64,000 nucleotides of DNA from Nemertoderma westbladi (taxonomy: Eukaryota > Animalia > Xenacoelomorpha). The stretch is taken from NCBI GenBank assembly GCA_032718475.1, contig JAUCBJ010009060.1, positions 72,065-136,064 of the forward strand. The letters run 5' to 3'. Positions 63,491 to 64,000 of the stretch are shown here, piece after piece (within the stretch, counting starts at the first letter, position 1; each line of letters opens with the position of its first letter). The notes below the pieces were generated by a model. That model was not told the DNA's origin. It saw nothing but the letters and a program-made list of their open reading frames with translations, and searched no databases. Position numbers and translations under genes: made by a program.

Positions 63491-64000
63491 AGACCTTTAG
63501 CAGTTTAACCTGCCAAAATTTATATGTCTTTTAGTTAATTAAAACCACTTTAGCATACGACAATAATTTATGCTAATACGCAAAACATTAGCCGAAGTCA
63601 GCCCATGCGCGATCATTCACCCGATGGATCTACACCCGGGAGACTGAATTCGGATGCTTGAATTGTATTATTACAGTGTAAGGTTGCAGTGTATACCTAA
63701 TGTATTATTCGATAGATCGTTAATAATTAATCTCTGACAGATATTATTGGCTTTCGGGAAATATTAACAGTTCCTTTAGGACGTGGCGCTTTATCTATTT
63801 AAACAGAACTAAGACTTATACTAAACGCAACGATACTGCTTATGATTAAAGTATAAAGCGTATTCTTTAGGAAATACTTTGTTACCAATCACAATCATAC
63901 ACACTATTCTGCCGACAGTCAGTATATTTGATCAAACATAAAGAGAGCAGTAATTGACTCACGTAGGGTCTGCTAAATAACATTGGATTCAATACACACC

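Overview
Eukaryotic (probably invertebrate) repeat-dense DNA with no recognisable host gene. Positions 2871-37077 hold a head-to-tail dimer of an unusually large (~19 kb) BEL/Pao LTR retrotransposon. It has three ~1.9-kb LTRs with the middle one shared; copy 1 is decayed and copy 2 is intact. Beyond the 3099-aa gag-pol, the element encodes a 1241-aa second ORF in the env position, behind a splice acceptor. This ORF is not an envelope: it carries a WRN/EXD/Mut-7-type DEDDy 3'-5' exonuclease domain, three CCHC zinc knuckles and an RG-rich tail. The element also carries ~15 same-strand copies of a hairpin motif (GGAAGACTYGYGAGCCT) in two reading frames and in UTRs, plus a tRNA-like Pol III A/B-box cassette in each LTR. 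Just downstream lies a tRNA-like Pol III unit whose anticodon arm is replaced by a minimal type I hammerhead ribozyme. The rest is an 11.6-kb 22-bp satellite, several minisatellites, RTE LINE fragments, and a decayed non-LTR element with SAP-like + Pro/Ser repeats + Ulp1 protease + RT architecture. That element is interrupted by a 6-bp-TSD foldback transposon that itself contains an RTE insertion. All calls are by eye; no database searches were run.
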